Shown here in pieces: positions 57,120 to 64,000 of a stretch of 64,000 bases of DNA. Location: the NCBI GenBank assembly GCA_951406725.2, contig OX597829.1, positions 17,856,001-17,920,000 of the forward strand, given 5' to 3'. Position 1 is the stretch's first letter. Every line of letters starts with the position of its first letter. The position numbers were made by a program, and so were the translations under genes. The DNA is from Octopus vulgaris (lineage: Eukaryota). The notes beneath the pieces were generated by a model. It was not told where the DNA came from and searched no databases. It saw only the letters and a program-made list of their open reading frames with translations.

Positions 57120-57772
57120 TACATACATATATATATATATATATATGTACATACATACACACACATATATAACCACGTATCGCAAACAACAGATGAGTGT
57201 GAGTGTGTTTGCGATGGTTGTAGTAGGTCCTGTTTTTGACCCACCCCGCCCCTTATTCTCTAACCATCGCCACCCCTATCCCGTTAAAAGCACATTCCAC
57301 ATGAATGTGTCATTTTTTTTTCTATTGCAGTAAAAAAATTTTTTTTTTGCCTTTATTTATTATTTTCTTTGTCATAGTTTTAGCTTCCCTGTCTTAGTTT
57401 CAACACATTTTTCTTTTTACAGTTCTTGCGCTTAAACTCTTACCCAGGGTAGACCATATCACTCGTGCTGTCATAAGCAACATACCCAATACCCAGAAGA
57501 AGCAGCAGCATTATTACATACATCGCGATGGATCGCGACTACCCTGCTGATTGACCTATTAGAAGTAGCAGTCAATTATCCCTCATTACACCTGGTATCA
57601 GTTTTGTTAAAATTGAAATAATTTATTAGATAATGCGGTCCTGTATATTACAAAAAAAAAAGAAAACGAAAATAAAAGTCGCATTAAAATATAGCAGAAA
57701 GGTTTTTGTGTTTTCCTATTATCAAGGTATTGATTGGAATAAAACCAATTGTAGTAATATATATACTGCTAA

Positions 57773-58350
57773 AACGGCAAGCTGACTGAAACGTTAGCAC
57801 GCTGGGCGAAGTGCTTAGCGGTATTTCGTCTGCCGCTACGTTCTGAGTTCAAATTCCGCCGAGGTCGACTTTGCCTTTCATCCTTTCGGGGTCGATTAAA
57901 TAAGTACCAGTTACGCATTGGGGTCGATATAATTGACTTAATCCGTTTGTCTGACCTTGTTTGTCCTCTCTGTGTTTAGCCCTTTGTGTGTAGTAAAGAA
58001 ATAGGTATTTCGTCTGCCGCTGCGTTCTGAGTTCAAATTCCGCCGAGGTCGACTTTGCCTTTCATCCTTTCGGAGTCGATTAAATAAGTACCAGTTACGC
58101 AATGGGGTCGATATAATCAACTTAATCCGTTTGTCTGTCCTTGTTTGTCCCCTCTGTGTTAGCCCCTTGTGGATAGTAAAGAAACAGGTATTTCGTCTAA
58201 CGCTACGTTCTGAGTTCAAATTCCGCCGAGGTCGACTTTGCCTTTCATCCATTCGGGTTTGACAAAATAAGCATCAGTTGAGCACTGGGGTCGATGTGGT
58301 CGATTGAATACCTCCGTTGAAAGTGTTGGCTTCGTACCAAAATTTGAAAC
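57773..58350 (+). mobile_element. SINE family B tandem (~184-bp period; last unit has the older tail)
   Basis: GTATTTCGTCT restarts at 57821, ~58005 and ~58188; ends GGCTTCGTACCAAAATTTGAAACC. Confidence 0.9.
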
Positions 58351-58369
58351 CAATAATATACTCTGCTAA

Positions 58370-58545
58370 GACGGTGAAATGGCAGAACCGTTAGCACGCC
58401 GGACACACTGCTTACAGGCATTTCATGTCTTTATGTTCAGAACACAAATTCCGCCGAGGTTGTCTTTGCCTTTCATCTTTTCACAATTGATACAATAAGT
58501 ACAAGCTTCGTGAACATTGGCTTCGTGCCAAAATTTGAAATCAAT
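58370..58545 (+). mobile_element. Old SINE B-type copy
   Basis: TGGCAGAACCGTTAGCACGCC...CAAATTCCGCCGAGG...GTGCCAAAATTTGAAA. Confidence 0.75.
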
Positions 58546-58800
58546 ACAATACACTGATCAACTAGCCGAAGTATTGACTTAGCTTCTATGTTGTTGGACC
58601 TTCTAGAAATAGTAGCCAAAATTACACTTTACTTTAAATAGAAGACATTCAACTATAATAGCAGATATATACGCACAAAAATAAATTGCTAAAGAAGATG
58701 CGTTTAAATTGTAAATGCAACTTACCATACCTGTTGTATCGAGCAGATTATAATTGTGTCTATAGTTAAAAGAATTTTTTTTTTTTTTTTTTTTTTTTTG

Positions 58801-59011
58801 TACTTGTTTCAGTCATTTGACTGCGGCCATGCTGGAGCACCGCCTTTAGAGTGGTGAAAGAGTACAGCAGGGATCACCACCTCCTGCCGGAGCCTCGTGG
58901 AGCTTTTAGGTGTTTTTTCGCTCAATAAACACACACAACGCCCGGTCTGGGAATCGAAACCGCGATCCTCCGACCGCAAGTCCGCTGCCCTAACCACTAG
59001 GCCATTGCGCC
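58801..59011 (-). mobile_element. Chimeric SINE: family C head joined to family A tail
   Basis: 58848-59011 matches the family C head; 58801-58847 is the family A tail (AAAGGCGGTGCTCCAGCATGGCCGCAGTCAAATGACTGAAACAAGTA) followed by poly-A. Confidence 0.85.
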
Positions 59012-59189
59012 TATATTAAGAATATATTTTTTTTATTGGTTGAAATATGTAATATTCATGAAAAGACAAACCATTGGTATAAAATGAAAATAATTCTCAG
59101 TAACAACGGAAAGAAATCTGAATTAAGCCAATAAATAAAATAGACAATAAAATCACATTTGATTGACGTGAATCTGGTTTTTGAACTGA

Positions 59190-59321
59190 TAACATTTTAT
59201 GGATCCCGAAAGGATGAAACGTGACGTCGACCTCAGCAGAATTTGAACTCAGAACATAAAGACAGACGAAATACCGCGAGGAATTCTGCTCGGCGTGCTA
59301 ACGATTCTACCAGCTCACTGC
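59190..59321 (-). mobile_element. 3'-truncated SINE B flanked by a 23-bp direct repeat
   Basis: CGTGAATCTGGTTTTTGAACTGA at 59167-59189 and 59322-59344. Confidence 0.8.
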
Positions 59322-59635
59322 CGTGAATCTGGTTTTTGAACTGAACTCGAAAAGTAAGATGGATTTAATACCCTATCAATCTTAATGGTTCAACATGCAT
59401 AAGATGAAGAAAAATAAGTAAAATAGACAGAGGCATGTGTGTACTTCAACCAGGTCAGATGTTTCTGGAGACAGGATAAGACGGCCAGGTTTTAACCTAC
59501 TCCGATCAGGGATATAGTATAGTATCAAGGATATATATATATATATATATATATGAAATTAACAGAATGAGATAAAAAAATCCAAGGCTGTGAAAGATTT
59601 CAAAAACATTTATAAAGAGGTCTTACAGCTGTTTC

Positions 59636-59691
<56 letters not shown>

Positions 59692-59767
59692 TGTTGATAA
59701 TTTTTCCGCTTTGTAATGGTAATTTACCCAATATTTCTGTTGTTCTAACGGCGTTTCTACAAATCAG

Positions 59768-59798
<31 letters not shown>

Positions 59799-59965
59799 GT
59801 TTGTTGATGCAAACAGGAAAATTAAGACTCAAAATATGGATGTATTCTTTTAATTGTTTCAGTCATTTGACTGCGGCCATGCTGGAGCACTGCATCGAAA
59901 GGCTTTTTAGTCAAAGAAATCGACCTCATGACTTATTTCTTAAGCCTAATGCTTATCCCATCGGT

Positions 59966-60007
<42 letters not shown>

Positions 60008-60509
60008 ATATATATATATACATACATACCTACATACATACATATATACATACATACATACATACATACGTACGTACATACATACATACATACATACATA
60101 CACACATACATACATACATACATACATACATACATACGTACGTATATACATACATACACACATACATACATACATACATATATACATACATACATACATA
60201 CATACATACATACATACATACATACATACATACATACATACATACATACATACATTCGAGAAGATGGATTGAACTGACTACTGCATACCTGCAATAATTT
60301 TAACACATGAATACCATTTGTTCATTGATGTGTGATATTAACATTGCATAAATCTTACACACCACCTGTGATATAAGCATCTCTTTGCAAATACGTATGC
60401 ATATCCTGAAGAGATACATATGCAGCTATTCCTGAGTGGTATTAACGCAATATTGTTTATAATATAGGTAATATTTAGTAGTTGGTAATGAATGATATAT
60501 TGACAACAA

Positions 60510-60736
60510 AGGCGGCGAGCTGGCAGAAACGTTAGCACACCAGGCGAAATACGTAGCCGTATTGCGTCTGCCGTTACGTTCTGAGTTCAAATTCCGTCGA
60601 GGTCGACTTTGCCTTTCATCCTTTCGGGGTCGATAAATTAAGTACCAGTTACGCACTGGGGTCGATATAATCGACTTAATCCATTTGTCTGTCCTTGTTT
60701 GTCTATGTTTAGCCCCTTGTGGGTAATAAAGAAACA
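60510..60736 (+). mobile_element. SINE family B full copy with ~13-bp TSD
   Basis: GATATATTGACAA both upstream (~60494) and downstream (~60737). Confidence 0.9.
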
Positions 60737-61203
60737 GATATATTGACAATAGTAGTGATATGTAACAAAGCATATGCGATCCATCTCTTATTAATATTTT
60801 GTATATACTCTATGGATATTTAGAGATTTCTGCATGTATATCCCACTCTATGATAGCATTTGGTAGCCACTACTTGCAGAGGAGCTTTATAAAGGATTCA
60901 ATAAGGTTTCTTTCACCCTCAGATCATATCAAAATTAAGTAAATATGCGCGTGTGTATGTGAGTGCATGTGTGTGTTTGTGTGTGTATGTGTGTGTGTGC
61001 GTGTGTGTGTGTGTGTGTGTGTCGCGTGTGCGTGTGTAAATAAGCACATAGATACAACACACGGTGGAGACAATAGTATTCAAATACCTAAGGTAGAGTA
61101 ATGTACTTTTTTTTATTAAAGATGAAAACAATTTTCACCAGAAGATTGAGAAGATTGTTTTCAGACTTAGCAAGTAAGTGTGTGTGTGTGTATATATATA
61201 TAT

Positions 61204-61314
<111 letters not shown>

Positions 61315-61410
61315 CATGTATATATTTATATAATTATATACATGTATATTTATATATATTTATATACATGTATATATATACATATATCTATACATATGCA
61401 TATATATATA

Positions 61411-61454
<44 letters not shown>

Positions 61455-62061
61455 TCTGTGTGTGTCTGTGTATCTGTATTAATCTACGAACCATTAATAT
61501 ATGTAACTGATTAAATGTTTATTAGCATGTGCATGTAAGGTCTTGTGTATGTGTGTGCGTGTACATGTGCATGTGCGTGTACATGTGTGTGTATGTGTGA
61601 GTGCGTGTGTCTGTAGGTGTACGTGCGCGGTTGTATACGTTTGTGCTTGTGTGAGGCTTTCTGTGCACATGTACGTACGTATGGATGTACGTGGGAAATT
61701 TCCAAGAAAATTTTATTACGACGCAAAAATCAGATAACAGACACCATGAAATTTTGCGATAAGTCAAGATTAGGTAAGAGACCAACAGCTAAAATTTCTT
61801 ATTTAAACAACGAATATATGTTCCATTATATTTTCTTTTTTTGGGGTTTTTTTATCTTTTTTTGTTTCTCTGAAAAATCTTTCTCTTGGAATCGTTAAAT
61901 TGTTCCCTTCTTTAAAATATAAATTCTACTTAAGTAGAAAGTGAAGTATTCTCATCTTGATTAAATAATGGAACATTTCTGGAATCCCAGAGTAAAAATT
62001 ATGCAGAACATACACATATACACAAACACACCGGCACACGCAAAGGCACAGATACATACAC

Positions 62062-62114
<53 letters not shown>

Positions 62115-62228
62115 TTACGTATGTAAATACTTACACATACACACACACACACATACATACATATATATATGTATATACACTCACATACACACATATACAT
62201 GCACACGCATACACACACACACACATAC

Positions 62229-62282
<54 letters not shown>

Positions 62283-62387
62283 ATATATATAAACAACATA
62301 TAAACAAAGGCAAAAGAAAATTATTTCTATGCCAATATGCTGATAACAGACTTTTAAATCGTCAATTTCCACATATTATTATGTACC

Positions 62388-62449
<62 letters not shown>

Positions 62450-62992
62450 GGCTATATATATTAAATTATTGATAGGGTTGACAGAGTGCACTGTAAACTT
62501 TATTTAGTACTGTGATCGTTTCAGCTTACATCTGCACTGCTTTTTTGCGTGGAACGATATAATGGAATCGAATGCACCCCATACTGCAGAGCAAACCTCA
62601 TCAGGTTACATAATACATTACAGTGTTATAATATGTACATTTCACTGCTGTGTGTGGTAGAACGGCGTTGGTCTGATGCGTGCGTTAAGAGGATATACTT
62701 GTCTACTGGTCTCGTCTTAAGGAAATGGTAGGGGTTCGCTCCCCTGCTCGTAATTTTATCAGATGCAGCTTTTCATCGTTAACCAGCTAGATGAGATGTC
62801 CTTTTGGGGTCAAAAAATCGCAGAAGAGTCCGCTTGAACGGACAGCCATGCTAAAGTGGGTACGAATATTACTTGTCAGTACAACTACTGCGTTGATCTC
62901 TTAGAGAGATTTTTGAACTAGTATTTTTTTAAACAAATTTTTGCAATTCTCTGATAATACAGGCAAATACTTGCCCAAATGCATTAATAAAT

Positions 62993-63045
<53 letters not shown>

Positions 63046-63049
<4 letters not shown>

Positions 63050-64000
63050 GATCGTCATATTAAAATTTTTTTTCACCGTTGTTACAATCATCTGAAACGG
63101 AACTGTCAAAGCGCAATATTCTAGCAATTTTTCTATTCAACTTCAAAAAAGGACGTAAAACAGCTGAAACTGCTCGCAATATCAACGAGACATTTGTTGA
63201 GTAAATGACCAGTGAATGGTCAGCTCGAAAAGGGTTAAAACGATTTCGCAGTAGAGACCTGAGCCTTGAAGATCGTGAGCGTAGTGGACGCCCATCTGTC
63301 ATCGATGACGGTCTTTAATTGACCGTCATCGAGAAAGATCCACGTAAAACCACCATAGAACTGGCAAAAGAAAACTGCCTGCAATCATTTGCATGCAATC
63401 GAAAAATCAAGAAAAGCATACGATTGGGCACCATACCATTTGAATGAAAATCAGAAGATGCGTAGATATGAAATTTGCTCGTTGCTTCTTCTCCGTAACC
63501 AGACTGATCCATTTCTCGACCGTATTGTAACTTGCGATGAAAAGTGGATTCTGTACAATAATAAAAAAACGTTCCTCGCAGTGGTTGGACCAAAATAAAA
63601 CACTGAAAACCCTCCCTAAACTAAACCTCTTCAAAAAGGTTATGGTGACTGTTTGGTCTCATCCACTATAACTTTTTAAAACCTGGAAAAACCATTACTG
63701 CAGAAACATATTGCCATGAAATTGCCAAAATGAACGTAAAACTGCTACTCCTCCGTCTCAGACTGGTCAACAGAAGAGAGCCAATCAATCTTCATGACAA
63801 TGTTCACCCACACGTTTCACTAATGACGCTCCAGATGTCGAGGGAACTTGGCTACGAAGTTCTTCCCCACCCAGCTTATTCCCCTGATCCTTCTACTGAC
63901 TACCACTTTTTTAAGCACCTTGATGGTTTTATGCGATAGGAGAAGGTCAAAAATCAAACCGATGCTGAAATAGCGTTCAAAGAGTTCATCAGCTGCAGAA
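63046..64000 (+). pseudogene. Mariner transposase pseudogene (Hsmar1/cecropia-like), cut by window edge
   Basis: FKKGRKTAETARNIN, EDRERSGRPS, WAPYHL, FLDRIVTCDEKWILYNN, KKVMVTVW, LHDNVHPH, LPHPAYSPD-PSTDYHFFKHLD; stops and frameshifts; D-D spacing 33 here versus the usual 34; starts right after (TA)n. Confidence 0.92.

Noticed and set aside
62560-62660. CTGATGA on the minus strand and a faint GIY-YIG-like VMYYVT pattern
   Set aside because: No stem II/GAAA partner for a hammerhead and in-frame stops; too weak to call

Overview
64 kb of repeat-saturated, AT-rich eukaryotic (animal) non-coding DNA. The SINE types and extreme microsatellite load suggest a cephalopod (octopus-like) genome; this is inference only. 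I found no credible host protein-coding exon: nearly all ORFs in the track are read-through of (TA)n, (CA)n, (TACA)n, (GATA)n, (TAA)n, (GGT)n and (GAT)n tracts. Recognisable contents: at least four tRNA-derived SINE families (A-D here), a 5'-truncated Tx1/L1-clade LINE with an open zf-RVT-containing ORF, several R4/Dong-clade RLE fragments, CR1 tails, mariner pseudogenes and MITEs, a hAT-type MITE, two non-autonomous Helitrons and a 590-bp fold-back element. The most interesting signal is a dispersed set of about ten short non-coding elements, most ending in (TA)n, that carry minimal type-I hammerhead ribozyme (HHR) folds with palindromic stem III, typical of Penelope-like elements. Their cores show C3-G8, U3-A8 and G3-C8 covariation. 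A second signal is that SINE B shares its 3' tail with the Tx1 LINE and appears to insert repeatedly into its own older copies. All folds and alignments were done by eye.
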